A stretch of 64,000 bases of DNA from the NCBI GenBank assembly GCA_010093705.1, contig MU006089.1, forward strand, positions 2,033,561 to 2,097,560. The letters are read 5' to 3'. The position numbers were made by a program, and so were the translations under genes. Shown piece by piece: positions 37,731 through 49,846 of the stretch (the stretch's first letter is position 1; each line of letters starts with the position of its first letter). The stretch is from Patellaria atrata CBS 101060. Its lineage: Eukaryota. The notes beneath the pieces are model-generated. The model did no database searches and was not told where the DNA came from. It was given only the letters and a program-made list of their open reading frames with translations.

Positions 37731-39827
37731 TTAAACTCTACCACGCTCTAGGAACTTCTTTGGGATGGGTACTAGTTTCGCCCTGCGAGTTATTAGCAAA
37801 CTGCACCCTAACCACTAGCGAGCGGTTTCCTACCTGAGATATTCACAAAGATTTTTAGCCAGAGTATCCAACTTTGACCCCGAATTATAACCCCTATCTA
37901 AGTGATTCTTCAGTAAGAAGTGGACCGCCCGGATATTGAACATCTCAAATCTATCGATCTTACCCCCCGAATAGTCTGCAGGTCCCAATAGCTCTTTGAT
38001 CTTCTCTATCGTTAGGAACGTCTTCAACCAATCGTACTCATCGTCTCGCCGCACGAAGAATCCGACGTTCGCATCAGAGGCTTTGTCACCGGAACGACCC
38101 AGGACAACGTAACCAAGAGGAGCGAGTTCGGCGTCCCCAAATGACTCCAGGGGGACCGGGGTCTTTGTGTTGGACGAGTTTTGCTCTGGATACTGTTTGG
38201 TGGTCTTAGGAGGAGAGATGTTAGTGATCTTTCTGTCTCCGAAGAGACAGTGCACGCGATGGTTGCAAGCTGACTGAGGCATTAGCGTTACGAAATACTC
38301 AAAGTATGACTTCGCCGTTGACTGCCGCAAGTCATTACTCCTAGACACCCCCTATCTTCGTTAGAAATTGACCATTCAACTCTCAGGGGAAGAACCCACT
38401 GGACAAGACTGTAAAACTATTTCGTACAACTTTCTACTAAAGCCATCTGGTAAACTCGGGTTGAACATCTCTGGATCTGGCGACTGAGCAAATATTCGGA
38501 AATCTACAGTAGCCGCTTCTTGGGTTGGTGCGTTGATCGGTGAAGTGCCATGCAGATGGAACTTGAGTAAAGAGAACTTCTTCATTAGGTCCTCTCCTAT
38601 AGCTGCCCGAGCCTGCTCCTCCATCCATTGACACTTCTCCTCCATGTCTAGTCCAACCAGGTAGAAATGCCACTCCGCTTGATACCCACCATGAGCGGTT
38701 ATGCCGGTCCTTGTTGTTGCAGGTGGTGCAGAGCCGATTATTCCTGTAACTTTAACTCGGTCTTCGCCAACGGTTTCCAGTTTCACATTTTCGAGATGCG
38801 CAACAACGTCCGAATTGAAGTACCACGGGCCAGAAATCTCATAGACTAGCTGTGATATTACTGTTTCTGTGTTGACCACGCCGCCTGTGTTCTTCTCTTT
38901 AGCAATTACACATACCCCAGTATGGTCGACCTCTGCGATGGGGAATCCGATGTTTATATGCTTCTTAGCTTTCATCAGGTCTTTGAAACCGCTATAATAG
39001 CCACCTAGTTGAAATCAGCAGATGTTCTTTCCATACATATCTCAAGGGATATACCAGTTATGAACACGCTGCACTCAATCAGATGGCCTGCTATGAGCGC
39101 ACCCGCAAGCTCTTCGAATTGATCATTTTCCCAGCCATGCCACCAGCTTGATCCCGCAATAGTCAGTTACTAGGTCATTTTATTTGCAAAGGGAGCGTGC
39201 TCACGTAGATAACCCTATAGTAGGAGCAGCATCAGAGACTCTTCCGGCAATTACTATATCAGCCCCTTGTCTGAAAGCTTCTGCAATTCCTAAACTCCCT
39301 AGATATGCTTGGGCGCAAATCGGATCGAATCCCCACTCTTTCAATGTTCGGCCATCCGTCAAACTCGTAAAGGTGTTACCATCTGCGACCATTTGTTTGA
39401 ACGCGTCCGTAACATCGTCCCCTTCCACCCACACAACTTTCAAATCATGCCCTGCATCTTTAATCATCTTTTGGCATACCTCCGCGAGGAGTTCCGTGTC
39501 GCTAGCGCCTGCGTTCACAGCTAATTTCGTGCCGTTCTTCGCAATTTCATCTATCGCTGGCTCGAAGCATTGCAGAAAGGTGCTGGCATAATTCGCGGTT
39601 TTCATTCGCTCTTCAAGTGTTTTGCTGCCCTCAGTGCTTTGGTTCTTCCTGGCTCGTTGCTTCCCTGCGCCATATCCTGTCATGACATTTTCGGAAAGCC
39701 AATCGCCAACGACAGCATCAACTTCAGGGTCACTTGCTAATCGTCGTATACCTGCAACACGATCTGTGAAGCCACCAGATGCACCACCAATCCTAATAGG
39801 ACGTTTAGGCTCTGTGTTTGGTGGCAT
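37731..39827 (-). CDS. DUF1446 / acyclic terpene utilization AtuA-family protein, multi-exon
   Basis: RPIRIGGASGGFTDR, GDWLSE, AVNAG, AYLG, GRVSDAA, GHLIECS, SQLVYEISGPWYFNSDV, and C-terminal GRSGDKASDANVGFF...LDTLAKNLCEYLR. Confidence 0.92.
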
Positions 39828-40566
39828 TATGGATCTCAGGGGAACCGTTTATGGTCTTACAACACAGGTGAAAACTGATAACAGTTTTATGTCTAGGTAG
39901 CGGATGCAGGCGTCTATAACAGCATTAATTGGCCTGAAGAGGTATTTACTCAAATCAGTGAAATCATAAATCTGAGCGACATGACTCCCACTGTTAAAGC
40001 CATGTGAGAGAACATTTTCTCGACTTTTGATTTAGATCTAGAGGTTTGAAAAACAGTAAATTCCGAAAGTTCCTGAAGCCGGATGAAGTCTGCAGTGAGC
40101 TTACGGCAATGCGCACCCGGATGACTCCAGCTTCAAATACTCATAATTTTGTTGAAGACCAAACCTAGTGACGTTCAAGAACGGTTGTCAATCCAGAGTT
40201 TTAGTCGGAACGCTAATGATTCACTAGAGACAAGAGTATTTTTCCACATCAAGCTTCCCCTCAAACAACGGGCGTCCGTTAAGCTTTCCCGAAGAAATTG
40301 GGGCTCTAAGGCGAGAATAAGCAAGACTACTAATCATTTGGGGCTAGTCGTGGCTCAATTCTCGTCCTCTGCAATGTCGTGTTAGGAGATGTTTGACTGA
40401 CCGATATGCGAGTATGGGATAACGGGGATAAGAGAAATATCAACAGGAGCTATAAAGCATGATCCAGATATAACCCTAGTGCTCTCCCAAGACTGTGGAG
40501 CTCCTGCAAAGTCTACAAAAGGCCCTCAGATACTACTAGATCTCCACGGATTCCTGGGTCGTCATC

Positions 40567-42512
40567 ATGTTGTCGACAGAAGAGAAAGAGCAACATACTA
40601 CACAGGTAGAGCAAGTCACTACCAATGATGCTTCAACCCAAGATGCGGACGAGCCTGACGCAGAGATCACATTCAAGACCAAGATGGCTATTCTAGTAAG
40701 ATTGATAAGTTTTTGGTCTCGATTGGGTATTGTGCTGACGTGAATATAGTCTCTGATCCTAATGTACGAATCCTACCTGTTTACTTTGATTATGCCGGCT
40801 GCGGTGTTAGCATATATCAATGCGGACCTGGGACCAGATCCCAACTACGCTTGGATTTCTATCACATGGGTAAGATTTTAGCCCGCTAATACGCCTGTAA
40901 TGCTCCAAGCTTACAGAGAACAGAACCTTGGAGCTGCTATCATTGTTACAGTAGGGGGCCGTCTTGCCGACATCTTTGGGAGAAGATGGTTCCTACTTTT
41001 CGGATCCATATCGGCCGCAATAGGAGCACTGGTCGGGGTAACCGGGCAGAGTATTCCGCAAATGATAGTTAGCGGCGTAATCTTCGGTATCGGAGGCGGT
41101 TTTCAGGAGATGTGTTTCGCTTGTGCCCAAGAGTTAGTACCGAACAAATGGCGGTTTGCAACTTTAGGTGAGTATATCAGTACATCCAAATGCAGGTGTA
41201 TCTAATTTTGAGAATAGGTGTCATGATCATGGCAAATCACTTCTCCTCAATATCTCCCATCCTCGGTTATGTCTTCATCACTTATACAGGGATCGGTTGG
41301 AGAGCTTGTTACTGGTGGTGCTTCTCCTTCGAGGTGCTCACAACTATCCTGCTCTTTTTCTTCTATGATCCTCCAAGCTTCCGTACTAAGCATGAAGATG
41401 ACCACAAGACAAAGATTCAGCTACTCCTTGAGCTGGACCACGTCGGACTCTTCCTTTTCGTGGCTTCATGCTTATTGCTTCTGCTCGGACTGAGCTGGGG
41501 CGGTGGTCTTCGTCCATGGAAAAGCCCGGCGGTAATAGCACCAATCGTCATTGCTGTTGTGGGTTTCGTCGCACTTGGATTCTGGGAGGTGTGCGCGAAT
41601 CTGAAGTACCCCATCTTACCGCCGAAGCTTTTCCGCAAATGGCGCGAGTTCACTGCTCTACTAGTAGTCTGTTTCGTAGCCGGGATGTTATATTACAGCA
41701 TGAATGTGCTGTGGCCTCGCCAGTCTAGCCTCCTTTTCATTCCTGCAGGCGATACCATCATCCGTGGCGTCTATGCTAATATGGTGTCCTTTGGAACTGT
41801 TATCGCAGGTTGGTATTGTATTGGTGTTATGCCTTGGGTTGGTCATGAGCGAATACAGCTTATCTGCTTCATGATTGGACAGACAGCCCTTATTGGATCT
41901 CTCTCGAGCGTAGGAATCGAAGACAAAGCTCAGGCCATTGCAACGGTCATCATTGTCTCTGCTCTTAACTTGCCACCGTCGCCGTTATCCTTTGGTATGG
42001 TGAGCTTAGGACTCGACGATCAGGCAGATATGTATGCTTAAACCCTTAACTCCTACATTCAAGCCTAACTTTATTTCAGTGGGGTGGCAGTTGGCCTAAT
42101 CAGCACATTCCGTTTGATTGGCGGTGCAGTGGCGACGGCTATCTATACCTCGATATATACCAGTCGATTCTCAAAATTGATGCCCGGCAAGGTTACAGAT
42201 GCAGTGGAGGAAATTGGATACGATGGACCGATCCCAGACCTTTTGCGCGCTGCCTCTCTCAATACTGCAGCAGCTTACGCTACCCTCGAAGGCGTGAGTT
42301 CGGAAGTACTAGCTACGGTCCAATTAGCAGTAAAGCAAGCATATGTGGAATCTTTCAGACTCGTATATCTTGTAGCAATTGCGTTCGGTGTCTGCGCGAT
42401 CTCCGCAGCAATTTCAACAAGGAGTGTTGATGTCAAGAAGAAGTCTAATGAACGTGCGGTTCAACTCGAAACTGAGATGAAATCTCATCGCCATCATAAA
42501 GAGGAGGCATAA
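40567..42512 (+). CDS. MFS transporter, TRI12-like fungal efflux pump family, multi-exon
   Basis: INADLGPD, VGGRLADIFGRRWF, ELVPNKWR, GWRACYW, FYDPPSF, LDHVGLFLF, AYVESFRLVYLVAIAFG. Confidence 0.92.
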
Positions 42513-42719
42513 ATTCAGTTTCACTGGTTGTTTTTCAAAATATGTATGTAAAGCACAGCTAGTGAGGCTCGTGACTTCTAGAGAGAGTCGAAGTATGGAA
42601 TATACGCATGGAAACATATTCAAAGCCAGCTTATTCTTGAATCAATGACTATGCGAGTTTGCAAAGGTGTTCAACCACCGGTTGTTACCTATGACCAACG
42701 GAAACGCCTTATATCACTG

Positions 42720-43949
42720 TCATTGAGATGGCGATGCCACTTTTTCCGTATATGGAGGCGGTACATCCTCGTTCGGTTCTCCTTTGATATTGTCTTTTGC
42801 TGCTTCCTCTTCTTTGCTCTTCGCCGCTGAAGTTTCCTTCACACGGACACTTCTGTGTTTCTGTTTTCTGGAAAATATTTCACCTAGCATGGTAAGACTT
42901 AACCTTCGAGACGCATTGTTCAAGTCCTTTGCTTGCTCAGTGTTCTCCGTGACTGGCTTCTTCTCCGGATTTCCGTCTTCTAGTAAGCTTTTTCTTCTTT
43001 TCTCCATGTGGTCAAATGCAAATTTCCGTGTGAACCACTCTTCTTCTTTCATATATTCAGCTTGCATCAACTTTCCTGCGGTAAATGCTTTTTCAAGAAT
43101 CTTCCTATCCATATCGATGGTTTCGTTCATCTTATTCCATTCTTTCCCATCGATGTAATCCTGAAGAGTACTTTTCCAATTAAAATTGGGGTTAGGTGAG
43201 TTGCAACAATCTACAAAAGTCCTATTTAACAGTAGTGCCCTCTCATATTGTGTTCCCTCGATTTCCATCTCTGCCAAAATATCTTTATTAACACCTGGAA
43301 AGATTGGTAAACCGGGATTGTCGCCCTCCAATAGTGCTTCCGGCGTTGACAACATCCACACGACAGGTTTACTGTTCCTAGGCTTGGGACTTGTGCTAAT
43401 CTTCCGACTCGCTCCTGATTTACTGTTGTTATTGATTTTTGCGTTATCGCTAGATCCAGCCCTTCTTGCGATAATGTTCGACCGCATATCGTCAAAATAC
43501 TCGAATATTATAGCGGCTTTCACCAATTGTGAAATATTGACCGCGGCGATTCTTGTTGAAGCACTTTTCTCCAGCGAGCCAAAAATCCGGTTCCAATGCT
43601 CATCTAACTCATTCGAAAGAGTCTCGAGCTTGACAGAGAGTCGCTGAATATCAGCAATATCAAGTGCCTTGTATGAATCATGATATGTCGTAACCGTTTT
43701 GGTGAGTCGTGTCTTAAGAGCTGGTGTCAGATACGGCGACTGGAGTAAGATTGTGTAACGGTTCAAGCGGATAGTTATGAGCAACTTAAGTGAGTCAATC
43801 GTAGGAGCCTCTTCGGTGCATTTCCTGACAGATTCCTTTTTGCCTTCTTCAGCAGAGTCAGATGCAGATTGTCTTTCTGTGTCTATAGTAGATGCATTGT
43901 TATTTTTATCGCTTGTGGCATCAGGACTGCTGGTTTGATCTTCTTGCAT
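42720..43949 (-). CDS. Hypothetical protein (helical, low-complexity ends, C-terminal PPPY); start uncertain
   Basis: Open frame of >400 codons with no recognisable domain. Confidence 0.55.
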   Translation of the reverse strand: MQEDQTSSPDATSDKNNNASTIDTERQSASDSAEEGKKESVRKCTEEAPTIDSLKLLITIRLNRYTILLQSPYLTPALKTRLTKTVTTYHDSYKALDIADIQRLSVKLETLSNELDEHWNRIFGSLEKSASTRIAAVNISQLVKAAIIFEYFDDMRSNIIARRAGSSDNAKINNNSKSGASRKISTSPKPRNSKPVVWMLSTPEALLEGDNPGLPIFPGVNKDILAEMEIEGTQYERALLLNRTFVDCCNSPNPNFNWKSTLQDYIDGKEWNKMNETIDMDRKILEKAFTAGKLMQAEYMKEEEWFTRKFAFDHMEKRRKSLLEDGNPEKKPVTENTEQAKDLNNASRRLSLTMLGEIFSRKQKHRSVRVKETSAAKSKEEEAAKDNIKGEPNEDVPPPYTEKVASPSQ

Positions 43950-44540
43950 AATTCCTTCTAAATATTTAGGCACCTTCCATATACTCGACCGTGATAAGGG
44001 TTAGATTGATCGTTGCGCCTTGTATATAACTTCGAAACCGGAAAATGTGGCCACGTAATTGTGCTTGTAGGCGAACACTGGGTTTGTAGGGGTATGACAT
44101 CGTAACCCTCAGCCGGTTTCCGCCCCCATTCCTGCCGTGCGATGATTTGGTGCTCCTGCAATGCAGTCAGTCGATCAGCTATAACGTACGATACAGTTAC
44201 ATTGTTGTTGATTTGTATTTCAGGAAAAGTTGGAGCCTCCTGCGAAGACTACTCAGCCTCGCTGCGTTGTCAGGCAGCTACATAAAGCTACATAAAGTCA
44301 AGAAGAGTACTGGGGTGTTCGTTTCACTTGGGAAGATGGCAAAATCTACAGTATTTATTATGTAGTGAGCGAGCCAAAGCTCATGATATGATACTTGTAT
44401 AATCTTCCTAACACCCACCAGAGCTTTAGTTCTACAGTAAGTTAACCGTTGTCGAGTGTCGATCTTTAGCTAGAACTAGTTCTATAACGAGTATAATCTA
44501 ACCCTGGCTTGGGCTGCCCTTAGCTCTCTCTCTCTCCTCC

Positions 44541-46283
44541 ATGGCAGGTCCTCGATCTTTCGGAAACCCGTTATTGTATCGAAATTGGAACAACATCCTG
44601 CAATGCATCGAGGTCAAGGGAACAAAACAACTGAAAATAAGAGGAAACTATACAATACCATCTAGAACTATATCCTCCAACCAACGACGTCCGTACCAGA
44701 CGGATACTCTAGACTCGAAGAATACAGCTCGAACGAGTCGACTATGGGCTCTTGCAGTATCATTACCTCTATTTGCTGGCGTATGGTTCTATACAAATTT
44801 AGATAACCACAGCGACAAGTATAATTCACTACAATTGCTGTCTTCCTCGGATATCGTTCGCTCGCTCAACGAGCAACTACAGGAAAAGGAAAAAGAGGCG
44901 TTGAGTATCAAGGCAAAGCTTATTAGCTTAGAAAATGAGCGGAAAAGTTTGCAAGACCAAGTCAAGACTGGGGAGGAGAAGCTGAAGGAACTCGGTGCTG
45001 AATTTGCACTCAAAACTGAGGAGATCAAACAATCTGCAGCAACTATAAGCTCAAGTCAACAACGAGTACATGAACTTTCAAATCAGACAAACCAAGACGC
45101 TCAAAGAATCCAAAGTCTCAGCAACGACCTCGAGGCGAAATCAGTAGCCAATAAAGATCAAGAGGAGCAGCTGCAAAACGAGAAATATCAAAAAGCTCAA
45201 CTCGAAAAGGATATAGAAAGCAAGACCGCGTCGATTAACAGCTTACAAGCGTCGAACAGTACCTTATTTGATCGGACCCGGGTCCTTCATACGCTGGCTC
45301 TAAACCTCCTTACAACCCCCAACTTGCACGACTTAGTAAGCCTAGAGAAGGAATATATAGAAGCTCATCCTATTGAGCTTCCCAACAACCGCAGTCTGAC
45401 GGCCGAGGCCGTAAATCTCTTCCGGTTGGTTGACGCCGAGGGTAAAACACGTGCTCTCATTCTTGAGCGCGTAGGGGACGACAATAAGGACCTCGAGGAA
45501 GCTAATGCACTAATGGCATGGGTCTCCGAACGTACGCGTTCCCTTCTCGCCGCGAACCAGCTCAGCAAAAATGGGTTCGCCGGGCTCATATACTCCGAAA
45601 ATTGGTTCGGTATGGGCGACATGATCTCACCACTGCGGGTATGGGACCGCAGTATCCTGCCCTCGATCAAAGAGCGTATCAAAGCACATACTTCTAAGAG
45701 TGGGAAAACTAAGACTCTGGCCGACATCTTACCGGGCAGTGTCCCACGTCCGGGTTATCATCGCGCACTGGTGAGAGCGAAATTGTACCCTCACCAAAAG
45801 CTAGATACAGAAGGTACAGATGTCATGGTTGACACGGGAGCGTCGGTGACGTTGATAGACCGCAGTTTGATCCCACCGGACAATGCCACTGTCCTACGAT
45901 TGAGCGTACCGGTGACACTTGCTGGGTTTAACGGATCTATGTCGACGGTCAGTGAAGTGGTACAGTTGACCCTCACCATCGAAGGCGAACGGGGTGAGAG
46001 TGGTAGGGCTTCTACTGAGATCAACACCTTAGCGTATGTGATGGATGGTCTGGGGACCAAGCTAATCCTAGGGTTAGACACGCTGGGGAGAGCGGAGGCG
46101 ACAGTCGATGTAGGGAAACGAACTCTAAGGATCAAAGACACAGTAGCTCCCTTGGACTTCGAAGCAGTTGCTCAAAAGCCCGAGGTGCCGGTCCCGATAG
46201 GCCCAGAAGCTACACCTGGTGCCGGTGAAGGAGACGGAAGAGTAACAAGTGAAGAGGGAAATATTCCTACCAAGCAAGGATAG
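44541..46283 (+). CDS. Chimeric protein: basic presequence-like N-terminus, TM helix, coiled coil, C-terminal retropepsin-like aspartic protease
   Basis: Intact 580-aa ORF with TM segment LWALAVSLPLFAGVWFY and a heptad-rich Q/E/K region. Protease motifs VMVDTGASVTLID (D at 45831), VTLAGFNG and LILGLDTL. Confidence 0.8.
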   Translation: MAGPRSFGNPLLYRNWNNILQCIEVKGTKQLKIRGNYTIPSRTISSNQRRPYQTDTLDSKNTARTSRLWALAVSLPLFAGVWFYTNLDNHSDKYNSLQLLSSSDIVRSLNEQLQEKEKEALSIKAKLISLENERKSLQDQVKTGEEKLKELGAEFALKTEEIKQSAATISSSQQRVHELSNQTNQDAQRIQSLSNDLEAKSVANKDQEEQLQNEKYQKAQLEKDIESKTASINSLQASNSTLFDRTRVLHTLALNLLTTPNLHDLVSLEKEYIEAHPIELPNNRSLTAEAVNLFRLVDAEGKTRALILERVGDDNKDLEEANALMAWVSERTRSLLAANQLSKNGFAGLIYSENWFGMGDMISPLRVWDRSILPSIKERIKAHTSKSGKTKTLADILPGSVPRPGYHRALVRAKLYPHQKLDTEGTDVMVDTGASVTLIDRSLIPPDNATVLRLSVPVTLAGFNGSMSTVSEVVQLTLTIEGERGESGRASTEINTLAYVMDGLGTKLILGLDTLGRAEATVDVGKRTLRIKDTVAPLDFEAVAQKPEVPVPIGPEATPGAGEGDGRVTSEEGNIPTKQG

Positions 46284-47286
46284 CGCGTCGGGGAGCGGTC
46301 CGTACTATGTATTGGCATATTGCTAATTAGACTCCACCCTCGAGCTCTTTGGCGTGCGGCGATATATTAAATGAGCTACACCGCCAAATCGACGAGCACT
46401 TCTCCACTGCTCCATGCATTCCATTCTAATACACGTGTCACTCCTACTCTCGATCCTTCAACAGCAGAAATATGACGCTGTAGTGCATAACATAGAGTAT
46501 ACCGCAGACAGCCCCTAGAGAGGTCCTCTGGAGTAGTTCCCGAGAGGAGCCCACCGGAGCAACCCCATATCTTCCCTTGCCACGTTCCGCACTCCTCGAC
46601 TGCTCTACGCTTGCTGTGCACCTTTCGGTGGACACTCGAATCAGATCTCCACAATGGTTCTGAGTTATGTGCGAAAGGGCATTATACAGCTTATAGTCAG
46701 ATGTACCAGCGGAGCCGAAGACCGCGGGCAGGGCAAGCATACAGTGACCCTAGAAGTGCCACTGGCAAGGGAAAGGGAGAGAGCAGCCTCATGGAGCACC
46801 TATCCGAGACCTTAAAACATTTCACGGATTCTTGTGGGGCATCCCGCAGCATCTCACGCGACATTCTCTACAGCGCCCCGCAGAATATGCGTTGCCGTTT
46901 GCATATGAGTAGTTGCAGTGCAGATATGGGATTTGGTGAATAGACAAGGGTGTTTCGCAAAACGTGCCGTAGAGGGGTTCGTAGAATATGGCATGGAGAC
47001 TATCAGGATCACCCGTAGATCAAATCTAGCCAGTGGATTATTGCTGCGCCATAGTTCAATGCTGTTTGTGCAGACGGTGCCCATACTAGAAATGGGGATC
47101 GCCGATAGCATGTTTACGAATCTCAAAGGTGAAGGCGGTCTGATAGCTAGAAGCTATTGATTGGGAATCCTTTATTTTTCATTAAGAGCATCTACGTTGC
47201 TTGTGCATTTCCTGACATACGAGGCACATAGCTAGTCCCTTCAATTAGGAATATTGAGACTTGAAGAACCCCCCTCACGTGATTGC

Positions 47287-48634
47287 TCACTCATAGACAT
47301 AGCAAAATGGCCCATCAACCACACTAGTCAAGTCCCTAATCTTATACGTCTTCCTATTGACCCCGACGACTTCTAAATCAACAATGTCATCCAGACTCTG
47401 TTGCCTACCACCGCCAAACATGCTAGTGCCACCCGCAATCTGGTTCATCCTGGTCTTCAAGTCTTGAATCTGCCAGATATACCAGACGCGGTCGATCATG
47501 GAGTGGAGCAGCCAGAAAGCAGGGTCGCCAGGAGAGACGTAGAAGTCGGAGCCAGGGTCGCCGGAAATCGTAAAGTGAGCGGCACCGTGAACGCCATCGC
47601 CAGCTTGCATGCGGTCCTGGAAAGGTCCGACGCTAGCTGCATTTTGAATCAGCTTCACGATGTCGGACGTCTTGGTATAGCGCTGGGTGAGCTGGTTGGA
47701 GAGGTCGCGACGAAGGCAGCGCGGGTTGTAACCGAATCCATCCGAACGTGGGTTTGGCGGTGGTGCGGGTTGAGCCTGAGTTGCGCCGGGTACGGGGCCG
47801 AGATTGACAGTGAAGCTAAGAGGTGTTAGTGTTATTGCAAACGGTGAGTTGAAATATAAGCCTACTTCTTGAATGGTCCTGACAAGACACAACCTCCGCC
47901 GTTTCCTGCAGGCGCGGTGAAGGTCCCTTGGTGAGCAATCTTCTCTCCGTTTCCACTCATACTGGTGTCCGAGCCATCAAAGATAGGAGACGTCTCAGGG
48001 TCCGCTGCCCACATTCCCCAATCCCAGTACTAGATGGAATTAGACCCTAGGAAAACGGTGATGGGAAGGCAATAACCTTACTGGTTGAGTTCCTTGGTAT
48101 CCGCACTCGGTCCGTAAGGCCTGTTCATATGCCCATGTGAAATACCGGTGCCATGTAAGGAAGCTACCCTTCATAGACAGTCAGCAAGAGTACTTTCGAG
48201 TATGAGACGTTGAGGGGTAATGGACTTACAGTGCCGTGAATAGACATCGTCTGTTTCATGTGGACAACGACAAAGTCGTCATACCTAGTTTTGGCGCCAG
48301 GATACTGTGTTGCGTCGAGCTTCGACGGGCTAGCGATCAAGCAGTGAACAGCGGAGATGTATGCTTTTCGCTCAGTAGCAGAAAGTGCACTCCTAGAAGG
48401 TCTTGGGTTAACAAGACTGTTTTGATAGGCACATGCTCAACGATATTTGGATCTAGCTTACCATTCCTTTCGGACTTGAAGATTTGCCTTATTACACGTC
48501 GTCGAGCTAGCGAGCTGTGCGTCAAGGTTTGGCCTGCCCTTAGTTGCAAGATCCGCCACAGCATCAGCTAGGCAGAAATCCAACAAAGAGACGAACAAAA
48601 GCGCCAGACGAGGGAGCGAGGTGGACCACAACAT
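47287..48634 (-). CDS. Secreted short tyrosinase / polyphenol oxidase (di-copper), multi-exon
   Basis: Signal peptide and VRKEW. CuA site HMKQTMSIHGT|GSFLTWHRYF, then QYWDW and RCLRRD. CuB site GVHGAAHFTISG...SPGDPAFWLLHSMIDRVW, ending CYVYE. Confidence 0.92.
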
Positions 48635-49846
48635 CTTGACGGAGGAGAAACTGAACAAGAACGACACCTTCAACACTGTAAAAAGAACTTAGGACGAAGA
48701 TAGGGAACTCATTATATACTATCCCCTGTATACTAGCACTGCAATGACTGCTGTATAATGAGATTTGCCATGCGGTAAATCTTGCAGTGCCACATGGTTT
48801 GGAGCCTCAGACGCAGATTGTGACACTTCACAGATATTGCTCTTTGATGGCATTGAATGAAGCGTAAGGGATGAGTAACATTGAAAGAGGGCAAAGTCTC
48901 ATGCTGTATCCTTGATGGGGATCATGTGAAGAAAGAATGCTTAGAGTAAGAAGGGTGCTTGATAGGCTATGAGTATGAGATATTTGCTTTCCAAACCAGT
49001 GGTGGCTAACGGAACCTGAAAACAGCATGGGTATGTATGAGATATGCTCTATGAACGAAACGGAAAGCCCTATGGTGCTATTAAGGCTGGGTAATGTACC
49101 AATCAAACCTTTGGCGAATATAATCTACGATGGGTAAGCCGCTCAAGCCGAAAGATTTCGCTGTTAACCAGTTGACGTGGAAGAGTATATGCCGCCAAGA
49201 CTGATTCGGAGGATACGCAAGATCCCAAAACAAGGATACAAGTCAAGAAATAGTATATTCACGGTTGCGGGGTAAGAGACTTGATACTACCAGTGCAGGG
49301 TAAAAACGTGGAGTTTAGATGAGGCCGCAGCCAGGTAGTGGGCGCGTGCATAATCTGGAATGAGATCCAATTACAATTGTATGAGTGGCTCCTCAAGCGA
49401 AAACCCGCTGTGAACTCAAAACATTCAAGAGCTTGTAGGACGTAAACAGATGAAAAATTACAAGGTGTGTATGTCGATCCAACGTGAGATATATGGAAGA
49501 GCGCACTGGCCACATCCTCCCACCGGCTGAATATATAGGGTAATATTTTAACAACACATACCTTCTTTCTATCCACGCTGTTTTCTTTCAACACGGCATA
49601 CGAAACGGCAACCCGTCATGTCCCTACGGTATGTAGATAATATATCTCGCCAAACTTTGTGATGGTGTGGACTTAGTGAGAGGATGATCAGTTCTGAATT
49701 CGAATTTGTCTGCTGTTTGCAACAGAGAGGGACAATCTAAGCTTTATCAATATTTTATTATATTAGCTATCAGCTATTCATGCAATGAAACTTTATTCAA
49801 AAGGTATTTCATTGCTTACCGCTGTTCAAGAACACGAGATTAACTT

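Noticed and set aside
46300..47200. Possible pol (RT/integrase) remnant after the retropepsin ORF
   Set aside because: No YxDD, RNase H, HHCC or DDE motifs are recognisable in any short ORF. It may be decayed coding DNA, but I cannot assign it.
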